Below are positions 30,377 to 41,400 of a stretch of 64,000 nucleotides of DNA, one piece after another (the stretch's first letter is position 1; the number at the start of each line of letters is the position of its first letter). The notes beneath the pieces are model-generated. The model did no database searches and had not been told where the DNA came from. It saw nothing but the letters and a program-made list of their open reading frames with translations. Origin of the DNA: a virus; the IMG/VR virus record IMGVR_UViG_3300017788_002590, positions 5,461 to 69,460 of that record. The stretch is one strand, 5' to 3'. A program made the translations under genes and the position numbers.

Positions 30377-31536
30377 ATTATCCTCTCATCTATGTATAGT
30401 TTAATTTCTTGATGAATTTCTGCAATAGTCATTTCTCCGATATCTGGTTTTGATATTTGAGGTCTATATATTTTGTAAGTATTTATACATTTTTCTTCGA
30501 TTTGCTCAGCCGCTTTGTTTCCTGCCTCGTCATTATCTGTTAAGATAACTAAGCTCATAGCGCCAGAAGCATCTAAAATCATTTTTTGCCTATCACTAAG
30601 ATTACAGCCAAAAATACCTACACTGTTATGTATTCCAGCTTCTTCTAGCCTCCAAACATTACCAGGGCTTTCTACTATTATAGCATATTGTAAATCTTGA
30701 ATATATTTTTTAGCATACCACATATTATATAAACAATTTTGACTTTTAAAATTTGAACTGTGTTTCCATTTAGGATATAAAAATTTCTTAGAATCATCTG
30801 GACAGTTATTTTTTGAATTATGAAAACATGAACATATATTGCATTTTTCGTATATGCTTCTTCCGGAACACCCTATCATGTATTCGTGATCTATATCATA
30901 GATAGGAACCACTATTCTATCGGACATTTCTTTATTTTTTTTGTTGCAATACCCGATATCGTATTTGACCAGGATTTCTTCAGAAAAATTCCTATCTAAA
31001 TAATACTTAGCAGGAATATCTAAATGGTATTTAATAGTTTTTCTAGTAGGGAAATTATTTGTATTGCTTTTAGGGATAATAATATTATTAATAGCATTAG
31101 CAAACTCTTGTTTATTTTTTGTAGTTTTGGAAATTTTGATGTCTTTGATATCTTTATTTAAGAATAGGCTTATAAAGTTTATGGTTTCGGCAAATGAACA
31201 AGTGTCATCTCCGGGCTGAGACCAACCTTTTTGTGCAGACAAGAGGCCCCTAACGAAGCCTATAATCGATCCTTTAAAAATCTTTTCGCAGGAGTGGGTT
31301 CTACATTTCCAGTTGCCTCTATAAGAATCTCCGTTTGGATATAGATTTATAGCTCCAATATTATCTCCTCCGTGTATAGGGCAAGCCATTGTAACCATTT
31401 TATCATTAAGCTTATATTCTAAAGCAAAATAATCAAGAAGGTCTTCTATTCGGTCGCAAAGATCGTCGCACAAAACTTTTAATTTGGCTTGATCATTCAA
31501 ACGGTACGTCTTCGGTTTCTGATTCATTGTTATCAT
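30373..31536 (-). CDS. DnaG-type DNA primase
   Basis: CPIH...CRTHSC zinc finger, RIVVPI, PKW, TOPRIM IIVESPGN and DNDEAG. Exact start uncertain. Confidence 0.85.
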   Translation of the reverse strand: MITMNQKPKTYRLNDQAKLKVLCDDLCDRIEDLLDYFALEYKLNDKMVTMACPIHGGDNIGAINLYPNGDSYRGNWKCRTHSCEKIFKGSIIGFVRGLLSAQKGWSQPGDDTCSFAETINFISLFLNKDIKDIKISKTTKNKQEFANAINNIIIPKSNTNNFPTRKTIKYHLDIPAKYYLDRNFSEEILVKYDIGYCNKKNKEMSDRIVVPIYDIDHEYMIGCSGRSIYEKCNICSCFHNSKNNCPDDSKKFLYPKWKHSSNFKSQNCLYNMWYAKKYIQDLQYAIIVESPGNVWRLEEAGIHNSVGIFGCNLSDRQKMILDASGAMSLVILTDNDEAGNKAAEQIEEKCINTYKIYRPQISKPDIGEMTIAEIHQEIKLYIDERII

Positions 31537-32959
31537 TTATAAGAAATCCATTGGAACGAGATGATAAATTTTTAGTTAATTCTAGTCTAGTTTTGCCTTC
31601 TTCTATTTTGGCACACCATCCCTTCATATGGCAGTTTATATAGTCATTGTCGTCTAAACCACCACCATGACGACTTATAAGTGGTACCAATTTTCTATTG
31701 CCATTATTTGGGCCATCTTCTGCTATTTCTTCTGGTGTTTTTCGTTTAAATATACTGAAATTACTACATAGCCATATAATACGATCAGATCCGCTAGCAG
31801 TATCTGTACTTTCTTTTGTGATCCCATCTCTATTAAGTTGGATAAAAGCCACAATAGGAATTTTATATTTAGTAGCAAAATTATGTAGTTGAGTCATCAT
31901 GAAGCCTAGAACCTGATATTCTTTAAGATCTTGATTCATGCCCTGAGAATCCATCAGTTTTAGATAATCGTAAAAAATGACACAATCGTTAGCTGTACCA
32001 TCTGTTTTTAAGCCTACTTCTTTGACTATCCATCTTCTCATTATGGATATCTGATCCTCAAAAGGTTTGCCAGCTATAGACTTATAATACAGAGGCGTCT
32101 CTTTTAAGGAAATGGCTGCTTGTTGTATTTTACTGTTTTGACTAGGAGATTCTGCGAATTTACCTGTTTCTATGTGATTGATTTCTATCTCTGTCATCAT
32201 AGCCATAATTCTATTAATATGATCTTCTTTAGTCATCTCAGTATCCATATTAAGAACTGGAATTTTTAGCTTATTAGCAATGTAAAAACCGATATTATCT
32301 GATAATAATGTTTTACCGGTTTTAGGCCTGGCCGCTATAACATTCACCGTACTTTTGCGCAATCCTCCTCCTATTGCTTGGTCATATGCTGGAAAACCTG
32401 TTGGAATACCAACCTGATCTATAGGATTATTGATTAATTGATCTATATACGAATCTAGATCATGTCCTATATTGATTGGTGCATTATCACTATCTGCTAA
32501 CAAATTAGAAAAATCAAAAATAGCATCTTCTGCTATTCCCAGAATATTTCCTATTGTTTCCGTGCCTGTAATATCTAATAGTTTATCTTGTGCATTTTCT
32601 AACTGCTGTCTCAGAAGTCTGGCTATTTCAAGTTTTCGAATTTTGGCTGCAAATTTGCGAACATTATCGTGATTTACGGGAAAATCTAAAATAGCTCTTA
32701 GATGTTGAGTTTCTTCCTTTTTTGTTAGGATATGTGTTAATCCCAATTCTTCTGCTGTAGAAAAAATAATCGCTAGATCTATAGAGATTTTTTGTTCTCT
32801 TTCCATAATTCTTTTGAGACACTGGTATATAATCTTATTACTATCAACAGTAAAAGAGGATTCTTGAACCAAATCAGCAACGTCTAAGTAGGCAGTATCT
32901 CCATATCTGCATATACCAGCTAATACCGCTCTTTCGGCGGATGTGTCACATAGTATCAT
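31493..32959 (-). CDS. dnaB: Replicative DNA helicase
   Basis: AERAVL N-domain, GIPTGF, AARPKTGKT, YDYL, QLNR. Start ATG 32959 has an AAGGAG RBS and an ATGA overlap with the upstream gene. Confidence 0.9.
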   Translation of the reverse strand: MILCDTSAERAVLAGICRYGDTAYLDVADLVQESSFTVDSNKIIYQCLKRIMEREQKISIDLAIIFSTAEELGLTHILTKKEETQHLRAILDFPVNHDNVRKFAAKIRKLEIARLLRQQLENAQDKLLDITGTETIGNILGIAEDAIFDFSNLLADSDNAPINIGHDLDSYIDQLINNPIDQVGIPTGFPAYDQAIGGGLRKSTVNVIAARPKTGKTLLSDNIGFYIANKLKIPVLNMDTEMTKEDHINRIMAMMTEIEINHIETGKFAESPSQNSKIQQAAISLKETPLYYKSIAGKPFEDQISIMRRWIVKEVGLKTDGTANDCVIFYDYLKLMDSQGMNQDLKEYQVLGFMMTQLHNFATKYKIPIVAFIQLNRDGITKESTDTASGSDRIIWLCSNFSIFKRKTPEEIAEDGPNNGNRKLVPLISRHGGGLDDNDYINCHMKGWCAKIEEGKTRLELTKNLSSRSNGFLINDNNESETEDVPFE

Positions 32960-33330
32960 CCTGAACTCCTTGAACACTCGTTACATTTATATCTGTCTGC
33001 ACTCTCTGGTAGTAAAGCAGGATTAACCTCTTCTGTTCTTCCACACACTCTGCACCTAACATGGGCTGGTTCATATTTTCTCATTCTGGGTGTGGGAGCG
33101 TGTTTGGATAATGCTCTGTCGATGTCTGTATCGGTTTTGTGAAAATGAGATTCGGACATTGTGTCAAACTTATTTACAAAATTGTCTTTTTTTATTGTTT
33201 TATTTGGAACGGTATTAATAGTTGTATTTTTAGTATTATCCGATTCCGTATCTTGCTTCGGTTCGTTAGGAAGCATCGCTTGTAGCATCGCTATCATTTG
33301 TTTTATTTGTTCTGGACTTAGATTATCCAT
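32956..33330 (-). CDS. Hypothetical protein with C-terminal zinc ribbon
   Basis: CRVC...CNEC; translationally coupled to the helicase. Confidence 0.6.
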   Translation of the reverse strand: MDNLSPEQIKQMIAMLQAMLPNEPKQDTESDNTKNTTINTVPNKTIKKDNFVNKFDTMSESHFHKTDTDIDRALSKHAPTPRMRKYEPAHVRCRVCGRTEEVNPALLPESADRYKCNECSRSSG

Positions 33331-33832
33331 GCTTCATTCCTTTTGATCTTTGTATGGAGATTAAAATATCTGATAAGTTTTTAATGGAGCTAGCCAAATA
33401 TGTCAATCTGTCCGATCTTTGCTTAGCATATTTTTTAATTTTTTGTAATTGATTGGCTTTTTGGTTGTGTTTGATGGCCTGTGCAGATTTTTCTATATAT
33501 CCATACCCCTTATAATTATTAATATCATCAGCGATTACCTCTTTAATAGTTTCTTCCGCCCAGTTATACCTAGCTAATTCTCTGTTGAGTGTTCTTTGTA
33601 CATGAAAAGCAAATTGTGCTAGACGATATGATATCTGACCACAGTCCTCTGTCGTTGTTCTTTCTAGCACATCTCTGGACATTGTCAAGTATTCGTTTAG
33701 CTCATTTTCTGGCAAAGACTGTGGATTGTACTGAGGTAATCCTACAGATTTTTCGTATTCGTCAAGTATGCGATCCCATTCCGCAACTTCTTCTTTGGAG
33801 GGTTTGTTGGCTACGTCAATCTGGTTTTCCAT
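33323..33832 (-). CDS. Helical hypothetical protein, possible recombination mediator
   Basis: Coiled-coil-like 169 aa between the RecA-like gene and the helicase; a UvsY-like role is inference only. Confidence 0.4.
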   Translation of the reverse strand: MENQIDVANKPSKEEVAEWDRILDEYEKSVGLPQYNPQSLPENELNEYLTMSRDVLERTTTEDCGQISYRLAQFAFHVQRTLNRELARYNWAEETIKEVIADDINNYKGYGYIEKSAQAIKHNQKANQLQKIKKYAKQRSDRLTYLASSIKNLSDILISIQRSKGMKHG

Positions 33833-34215
33833 TCTTCTATGCTTTCATTATAAGGTAATTCTATATAGATAATATTATTCTGATGACACCATTCTTGTTT
33901 ATCTTGATCTCTCTTTTTATGTTTTGCAAATCCCATAAGATTGGTGTGGTAAAACGGAGTGAATTTATAATGCTGAGATCCATGGACTTCTATACATTTT
34001 CTTATTAGGGGTAAATAGAAGTCTAAATATAGGATTTCTGTTTTTCTTAATGGTATCGGAACTTCTTCTAGTATTTGTAGCGTAGGAAAACAATCTTTTA
34101 ACAAGTCTCTAGCCTTTAGGTGCAAATCTGATTTAGTTAATAGTTTTCCATGGGCTATACCTCCACTTAATTGCCAAGATTGTAGATTGCCATCAAGGTC
34201 TAAGATTTGTTGCAT
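33811..34215 (-). CDS. Vsr/DUF559-like endonuclease
   Basis: LDFYLP...IEVHGSQHY...RDQDKQEWC...IELPY. Confidence 0.7.
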   Translation of the reverse strand: MQQILDLDGNLQSWQLSGGIAHGKLLTKSDLHLKARDLLKDCFPTLQILEEVPIPLRKTEILYLDFYLPLIRKCIEVHGSQHYKFTPFYHTNLMGFAKHKKRDQDKQEWCHQNNIIYIELPYNESIEEWKTRLT

Positions 34216-35222
34216 GATATGTTCATTGTTGAGTATAGGCTATCCGTAAGAGACTTGTAAACTTCGGGATTGTCTACTACATATTGTCTTAATTTCTCTG
34301 TTCCCTGAAATTTGGGCTTATCGTCTACAGATGTAAGAGTGTACCACGCTCCACCTTTAGAAATAATACCTAAATCTATACATAGCATCACCAATTCCAT
34401 TGCTTTATCTATACCGTGTCCATATCTTATATAGCTTTTAATAGTTCCGCCAGGAGAACCCAGCGCAGAGCATAATACTTGCCATTCGACTTCTTGTCCG
34501 ATTTGTGCGCCATCTGCGGAAACTCTCCATGGAGAAAACATTTTGGCTTTTAGTTTTACGTCTGTTTGATATGCTATAGCCTGTCCGCTTTTTTCCTTCC
34601 ATTCTACATTTCCGTATCCAGGATTACCCATTAGATGAGTAATACCTATTACTATATTTTTATTAACAGGTATAACATTTCCTACTTTACGACAAAATTT
34701 AGCCAATAATTTTGCTCCGTCTGCTCGTTGCATTTTGTCCATATCGCTTGTTATCTCAGCTTCTGTACAAAGAGCAGAATATGAATCGATTATCAATATT
34801 GATCCTGGTTCTTCATTAATTATGCGTTCAGCTATTTGTAAGTATTCTTCCGCATGTAAAATTTTACCTTGTTGAGACCCTATGATATCGAATCTTTCTA
34901 AATCTAGTGCTGATATCCCTTCTAGATCTCTTTTCTTCAATCTACCTTCGATGTTTAGATAGTACACATGACGAGATTTTTTTAAATCTCCTTGGTATTC
35001 TGGTTTTTGGGCAGTAGCCGCGAAATCCAGCGACGTTGTAGTTTTTCCGCATTTTGGTTGACCAGTGAATATTACAAAACTTCCTTCTGGTATACCCCCG
35101 TTCAGCACTATATCCAAAGCTGGACTAACAGGAATTGTTATTAATTCTCTATCTACTATGGATGTTGCCGATAGTATAATATCACTTCCAAAGCTTTTTT
35201 TTACATCCTCTTTAAGACTCAT
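34200..35222 (-). CDS. RecA/UvsX-like recombinase
   Basis: SPALDIVLNGGIPEG, GQPKCGKTT, IIDS, IISKGGAWY. Confidence 0.88.
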   Translation of the reverse strand: MSLKEDVKKSFGSDIILSATSIVDRELITIPVSPALDIVLNGGIPEGSFVIFTGQPKCGKTTTSLDFAATAQKPEYQGDLKKSRHVYYLNIEGRLKKRDLEGISALDLERFDIIGSQQGKILHAEEYLQIAERIINEEPGSILIIDSYSALCTEAEITSDMDKMQRADGAKLLAKFCRKVGNVIPVNKNIVIGITHLMGNPGYGNVEWKEKSGQAIAYQTDVKLKAKMFSPWRVSADGAQIGQEVEWQVLCSALGSPGGTIKSYIRYGHGIDKAMELVMLCIDLGIISKGGAWYTLTSVDDKPKFQGTEKLRQYVVDNPEVYKSLTDSLYSTMNISCNKS

Positions 35223-35637
35223 TGTCTATCTCCCTTAGTTTGGATAGTATATTTGATTTACTGGAATTGGATCTACCAAAAGAAGTATTTTCTTTACGGT
35301 CTATTTCTTTGGTAAAATTTTCTACAACCGTTTTGAGTTTAGCTTCCTCTTTCTCTATGATAGCAATCAGATGAGGGGCTCGCAATGAGAAAATTTTTTG
35401 TGCCTCAGTGCTTAACAGAGCATTAATGATAGCTTTTGCTGGATACGTCTTGAGTAATTTATTTGCTGTAGCTATTTGATTACGAAAAAAAGCTCCCCAT
35501 TTTTTGCTGATCCAAAATTTATAATGCAAATCTAGTTTATCTATTTTAGCTTTTTTTTCGCATATAATTTCAGTAATATACTGAGCTGGAGATACTTCTT
35601 TATTATTGGAGTATCTAGATATATATCTAAATGTCAT
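35212..35637 (-). CDS. Hypothetical protein
   Basis: Basic 141-aa ORF overlapping both neighbours. Confidence 0.55.
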   Translation of the reverse strand: MTFRYISRYSNNKEVSPAQYITEIICEKKAKIDKLDLHYKFWISKKWGAFFRNQIATANKLLKTYPAKAIINALLSTEAQKIFSLRAPHLIAIIEKEEAKLKTVVENFTKEIDRKENTSFGRSNSSKSNILSKLREIDNES

Positions 35638-36023
35638 TTTATGATTTTAGTAATAATTTTTGCGCAATTGGTTATATTTGTATCAAAGATACTAAAAAAT
35701 TCATCTAAGGATTTGGTATAATCACAACCGGATGGAACAGGGATATGGTACATATGTTCTTCTCTTGTTTCTATATTATCCAAATATCCGGAGTCATTAA
35801 GAGTTGTAACCTCTGTGATGACCCTAATGAGTATTTCTCTATGGTAATCTGTTACGTGTTTTTGTTCGACACAATTAAAAGGATCTGGTACTTTTGGTAT
35901 TTCTGGTGCTGTTTTGGACATTTCTTGATCCAAAGCTGTAGCTATTTTTGATTGTAGATCATAGAAAAGCTTTTGTTCTCTTTCGTTTAAGCTTTTAGAA
36001 ATTACTTCTTCTAGATTATTCAT
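35634..36023 (-). CDS. Hypothetical protein
   Basis: 129-aa ORF in operon-like packing. Confidence 0.5.
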   Translation of the reverse strand: MNNLEEVISKSLNEREQKLFYDLQSKIATALDQEMSKTAPEIPKVPDPFNCVEQKHVTDYHREILIRVITEVTTLNDSGYLDNIETREEHMYHIPVPSGCDYTKSLDEFFSIFDTNITNCAKIITKIIK

Positions 36024-36029
36024 AATATT

Positions 36030-36386
36030 TCACGAATTGGGTTTGAATATAAAAGACTTATTATTATGAGACGAATTATTTCCATAATGTTTTTTATGTT
36101 CTTCTGCTAATGCCGAAGCCTCTTTTGTCATTATAGCAACCTTTTGCCTTCCGCTCATACTACTAGTTATCATGTTATTCTGTAGTGTGGGTTTTACTGC
36201 TACCGGTTCGGAAGTAGTTTCTATACTATTTGTAGATTTTATAACAAAGTTATCCAAAATTTTTGATACAGTATTTTCTGAAAGATTTAGCTCTTTAGAA
36301 ATTGTTGGTATATCTATATTTTGACTATTCAACCAAAGCACAGCGTATTGTTTTGTCTTATTGGTGTGATTGGTATTTGTCATCAA
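36030..36386 (-). CDS. HTH-containing protein
   Basis: IPTISKELNLSENTVSKIL helix-turn-helix pattern. Confidence 0.55.
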   Translation of the reverse strand: MMTNTNHTNKTKQYAVLWLNSQNIDIPTISKELNLSENTVSKILDNFVIKSTNSIETTSEPVAVKPTLQNNMITSSMSGRQKVAIMTKEASALAEEHKKHYGNNSSHNNKSFIFKPNS

Positions 36387-36775
36387 TAACTCTCTCTTTC
36401 TGCATTATATAGCCATGCGATATTTTTGGTGGATAAAAATTTTAGATACCATTCAAAAGCTTTGGGATTTACTTCTTTGAATCTTTTATTGGTTCTACAC
36501 ACATCATTAACAAATAAATCAGCCCCTGTTTGCTCATCTGTAACAGATAAAGGATTTACTAGTTTTGCTGACCCATCTATCTTTATAAGATATTTGGTAG
36601 ACCTATCTTTACGAGTTACTTTTTTTGCGTATACATTATTGTCATCATGGTTTTTTATAGGAAAAGTTTCTATAAAACCATCCTCCTGTCCTATAATAGT
36701 ATAATAAACAGACTCACTTTCTGTGTCCGGTTGTTGAGAGAAGATATTCTCTTTGTTACTAAATATATGCATCAT
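36383..36775 (-). CDS. Hypothetical protein
   Basis: 130-aa ORF with ATGA overlaps. Confidence 0.55.
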   Translation of the reverse strand: MMHIFSNKENIFSQQPDTESESVYYTIIGQEDGFIETFPIKNHDDNNVYAKKVTRKDRSTKYLIKIDGSAKLVNPLSVTDEQTGADLFVNDVCRTNKRFKEVNPKAFEWYLKFLSTKNIAWLYNAERESY

Positions 36776-37125
36776 AAATGTCTCCAGTTAGTTTTTTTTC
36801 CTTTTTTCTTTATTCTTGACATTCCTGTTGGTAGTTGTTTTTCTGATTCGGCTTCTTTATATGAGTTATGACGATCATATAGTGCAGATTTTTCATCACC
36901 AGACATTCTATCTCTATTCCTATTAGCTAAGTCTCCGATAGTTTTTAGTTCTGTGTCCGATTTTTTTACACACGAGGTTATGGTCGAAACATCTAGCATA
37001 TATTGTCTATCTGTTTGAATTGAGTCGCACAGTGGGCATTTAGGAGACTTTTCATAATCCTTTATAGGAAAAAAGAGTTCAAAATTGTGATCGCAATGAT
37101 TACACTTGTAACTATAAACAGGCAT
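36772..37125 (-). CDS. FmdB-family zinc-ribbon protein
   Basis: MPVYSYKCNHC...FE...CPLC signature. Confidence 0.8.
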   Translation of the reverse strand: MPVYSYKCNHCDHNFELFFPIKDYEKSPKCPLCDSIQTDRQYMLDVSTITSCVKKSDTELKTIGDLANRNRDRMSGDEKSALYDRHNSYKEAESEKQLPTGMSRIKKKGKKTNWRHL

Positions 37126-37126
37126 T

Positions 37127-37690
37127 TTATTGTATATAATTTAACCATGGCTTTGGAATATCCTGTGATATAGTAAGTAGTTCACTATACAAAGGCAAGT
37201 ATCTTGGAGATTTTTTTGGAATATAGGCATTATTTATTAGAGGCATATTGGCTTGGGTCGGTGTTTTATCTGCTTTTTTTGCATTACATTTCTTACATGC
37301 TGTTACAATATTAGTCCATGTTGTTGGAGAACTATTTTTTTTCCATTGTGATTTAGGTATAATATGATCATATGTTAACTGATTAATACTATAGGAATGA
37401 CCACAATATTGGCAAGTATAATTATCTCGTATAAAAAGATTTTTTCTAGAAAAATTAACTGGCGAATTATTGATTCTAAAGTATCGAGTAGTTTTTATAA
37501 CAGCTGGCAATTTAAATTTTCTATTTGCTGTTCCAACAACATAATCATTGTCATAATAGTCTATAATTTCAATACTAGGATTGTCTGTGCTATAGAAACG
37601 GTAATACCAAACCATAGCTCTTTGCCAGTCTATGATTCCTATCGGAGAATAATCGGCATTTAGTACTAAACACGATTTATGATTGTTCAT
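37127..37690 (-). CDS. HNH endonuclease (McrA-like)
   Basis: LVLNADY, RDNYTCQYCG, DHIIPKS, WTNIVTACKKCNAKK. Confidence 0.88.
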   Translation of the reverse strand: MNNHKSCLVLNADYSPIGIIDWQRAMVWYYRFYSTDNPSIEIIDYYDNDYVVGTANRKFKLPAVIKTTRYFRINNSPVNFSRKNLFIRDNYTCQYCGHSYSINQLTYDHIIPKSQWKKNSSPTTWTNIVTACKKCNAKKADKTPTQANMPLINNAYIPKKSPRYLPLYSELLTISQDIPKPWLNYIQ

Positions 37691-38399
37691 ATGAATCTAG
37701 CCTATTAATAATATCACCGATAATAGGATTTCTTACAATATCTGATATAGATAATTTGACAAAACCAAGATTATTTAATCCATCCAAAAATCTGATCATA
37801 TCATAAAAACCGCCCCTTTGATGTTTTTGCAAATCAGATTGTGCTATATCTCCGGTGAGGATCATTTTACTATCTATGCCAATACGTGTCAACAACATTT
37901 TTAGTTGGTCATACGATGCATTTTGACACTCATCAGCAACAATAAAACACCTATGAAAACTTCTGCCTCTCATTAAACCAAGAGGTACGATTTCTATTCT
38001 ATTGGAAAGTTTTAATCTGGTATATGTGGGTATGGAAATAAAATAATTTAATTCATCTAGTATAGGCAGTAAATAAGGATGTATTTTTTCTTCGGCAGTT
38101 CCTGGTAGGTACCCTAATTTTTCTCCTGCCTCAACTACTGGTCTGGTTATGATAATGCGCTCTACTTTATGTTCTAATAAATACTCTAAAGCCATACCGA
38201 TAGCAATATGCGTTTTGCCGCTACCGGCTACTCCTTGACAAAAAGTAATAATGTTTTCTGCAGCAGTTCTAATGTACTCTGTTTGATTTTTACTTCTTGG
38301 TTTTAATTTATTCTTAAATGAATAGGCGGTATCGTCCTGAGATATTTTATTAGTTAAATCTAGTATATTTTCTTTGTTGTTTTTTGTTTTTTTTCTCAA
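37677..38399 (-). CDS. phoH: PhoH-family ATPase
   Basis: GVAGSGKT, ITRPVVEAGEKLGYLPG, MRGRSF, DECQN, GDIAQSD, VRNP; TTG start. Confidence 0.93.
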   Translation of the reverse strand: MRKKTKNNKENILDLTNKISQDDTAYSFKNKLKPRSKNQTEYIRTAAENIITFCQGVAGSGKTHIAIGMALEYLLEHKVERIIITRPVVEAGEKLGYLPGTAEEKIHPYLLPILDELNYFISIPTYTRLKLSNRIEIVPLGLMRGRSFHRCFIVADECQNASYDQLKMLLTRIGIDSKMILTGDIAQSDLQKHQRGGFYDMIRFLDGLNNLGFVKLSISDIVRNPIIGDIINRLDSYEQS

Positions 38400-38423
38400 A
38401 ATAAACCCTTTCTGAAATAAAGA

Positions 38424-41400
38424 TTAGATTAGACATGCTCCACCAGCACAACTAATTTCCTCTATTCCAGTAGTATTATCCTCTGTTTCCAATAGTTGTG
38501 TATAATCTACTTTCTTAAATGTATTTAACAAATCACAATATATTTTCCAATTATATACATCTTTCATACAATAAGTAAGTCTTCTTATATCTCCATCAAA
38601 ATATTTACCAGCAAAATTTTTCATTTTAGTTACAAAGACTAATCTGGTGTCAGGATCTGAGGACTTAGCCTGATTCATTGCTACATAATCACAAGCTTTC
38701 CATAGATCACTATCGAAACTTGCTAACCCTAGTTCTATAAGTCCTGAGCACCATAACGCAGCATCTCCGTATTCTTTTACTATCTCTCTACTAGTGTAGA
38801 CTGTCGTAAATGGAGCTTGAGGATAATCTTTATCTCCGCTTTGAGGTATCAAACTAACACCAGCAAAGTATTTTCTATTGTTATAGATATAATTTGTTAC
38901 ATCTTCCCATTCTTCCGGCTTAACAGTCACGGTATTACTTACATTATGACTTAAAAACTCTTGAGTACACAGTGCTTTATTTTTACCAGAATATACCCAA
39001 TTTTTTTGTGTATCTTTAACTATTGATAACATTTCTACCGCTGGTAATTGATTCTTTAATTTAGCCCCATCTGGAACTTCAATAGGAAACTTAATTACTT
39101 CATCCGTATTGTTAGCAGACCACGAAGAACGCTCACAGGCTTGTGGGTTATAATTTTTGAAGTGTTGATATGGTGCTTCTAAAACATTGGCCTGTACGTG
39201 TCTTATATAGCGTTTAGCGTGGTGTGGGTGGATGCCAGAACTTGTTCCTAACATAGAACTAGATGTTCCCTCCGGTTTTAAACAGGTTACTCTAGCAGCT
39301 TGATTAATTCCGATTTTTTTGGCCATTTCTTTATTAGTTTCTACAGCAATTTTAGCTCCTGCCTTAAGAACTTTTTCTGTTAATACTATATCGTGTTTTT
39401 CCATGATCCCAGTTAAAGAGACCCCTAATAAGGCTTCTCTCTCAAAGATTCTACAGCTAATCTCGCCCAAATAATCTAATTTAGTAAATCCGGCTTGAAG
39501 AGTACCAATAATAGCTGCTGCTTTGCATCTTTCATAAAAATCATTCTCATCTGTAACACTAGAACAATTAATTGTAGACAGATTACAACCTTGCCAACCA
39601 CTCTTGCCGGTTTCTGCATCGACAGGCCACATACCAACTTCCACACAGTTATGTACATAAATAGCATCATTATCGAAAGCATGAATACCTTCTACTGTAC
39701 AATCATACACATCTAATTCACCAACTATGGTCTTATTAATTAAAGTATCAACAAAGTTAGTTCTATTTGGCATTCTTTGATAATTATTAACTATTGTTTG
39801 AATTTTATTAGCTTTATCAATATTTTTAATAGGAATATATTTGGCAAATCTAACTATGTTATCACTAGTAATAACTAGTTCGTGTGATGCTTGGCAGAAA
39901 TAGCTTTTTGTTCCACCACTACCATCTGGCATAACCCTATCACCTTCTGATCTGCGATTTTTATAGATCTTAGAATAAATACCTAAAGCATTAAGTGCTA
40001 TTTGTAGATTTTGTAAATTTTCTAATTGAACTGATGATATTCTTAAGGAAGATCCTTTGATATTATTAACTAATACTGTTCCATCAGCATCGAAATAACC
40101 GGCAATTAAGCCAGAAATATGATTCCAAGACCCACAGATGGACTTTTTACTTAATCTTTTGGATGTTCCAACCATGCAATCGTGATTAATAGCAAATTCC
40201 ATAAGTTTTCTTGATTCTATAGAACTATATACAGCAATAGAATTTTGTTCTGAAGAATTATGATTATTAGTAAATCCAACATCATGAAGCATTTGATATG
40301 CTTCTTGCCTATATTGCTCTTTAGATTCTCCCCACCACTTTAATTGTGCGGAAGATCTCGAATGATTTCCGTCTCCCAGGAACAATCCTAATAAATATCC
40401 TTTTTTCCAATCAGACGATAGTATATTTAGATTAGCCTCGCTGTCTAATGGATAATCTCTATGATTATTAATAACAATATTTTCACCAAAATTTATATCC
40501 CCTGCTTCTTTCCAGCCTGTTGTGGTCATGATTTTATGGTTTGGAGTTACTCTCAGGGTTCTACCTGATTTAAAATGTAATTCTATTACTTGTTTTGTGC
40601 CAGTTTTCCAGAAGCCTTTGTAGCTTGGATACGATATACCATCCACGATAGCATTAAATGGTTTATTTATAAGATCAGCAACCATTTTAATACCACGATC
40701 AGTTACTACGGTAGAATCTGCAACAACACAAGGATTAAAAGTCATCTCTGTAGAATCACTCCAAATGAATCCTGGCTCACCAAATTCTTTGACGCTTTCC
40801 ATCAATATTTCAAATTCTTCAAAAGTAGTATCATCTTTAAGTAACAAAGCAGAGTTATTGCTTCGTGCTCTTTGTGGATTTTCCGTATACCAGTTGCCAG
40901 TTTTAGCTTTAGCCATCTCTTCATCATTGGGACTAAATAGTGCCAAACTAGCAGAACGACGAACACCACCAGACAATACAGCATCGCTACTATGCATAAT
41001 AATATCATATGCATCAATTGGACGTAATTTCTTTTGTCCATTAGCAAGACAACGATCTAATAATGCTCGTATTTTTTCTAAGCCATTTTGTAATGGCTCA
41101 AATCCTGGAGCTTTGCCAACTCCTGATGATAATGACGATCCTTTTTCTCTAATATTAGAATAGTCAAATACTATATATTCATCCTTATAATCTTTAAATT
41201 TATCTTCCGATGGTTTAACAAAATATGAACTTAATAAAACACCTAAAGCATCAGACCAGCCCTCGATACTGTCTTCTATAACATATTTTCTACCAGTTTC
41301 TGATTTTGGTTCTTGTGATAACGATGGTAGTTTAGCAACATGGTGCTTTTGTACACTAAAGCCCGTCCCACTACCACAAAGTAATAACCAAAAACATTCC

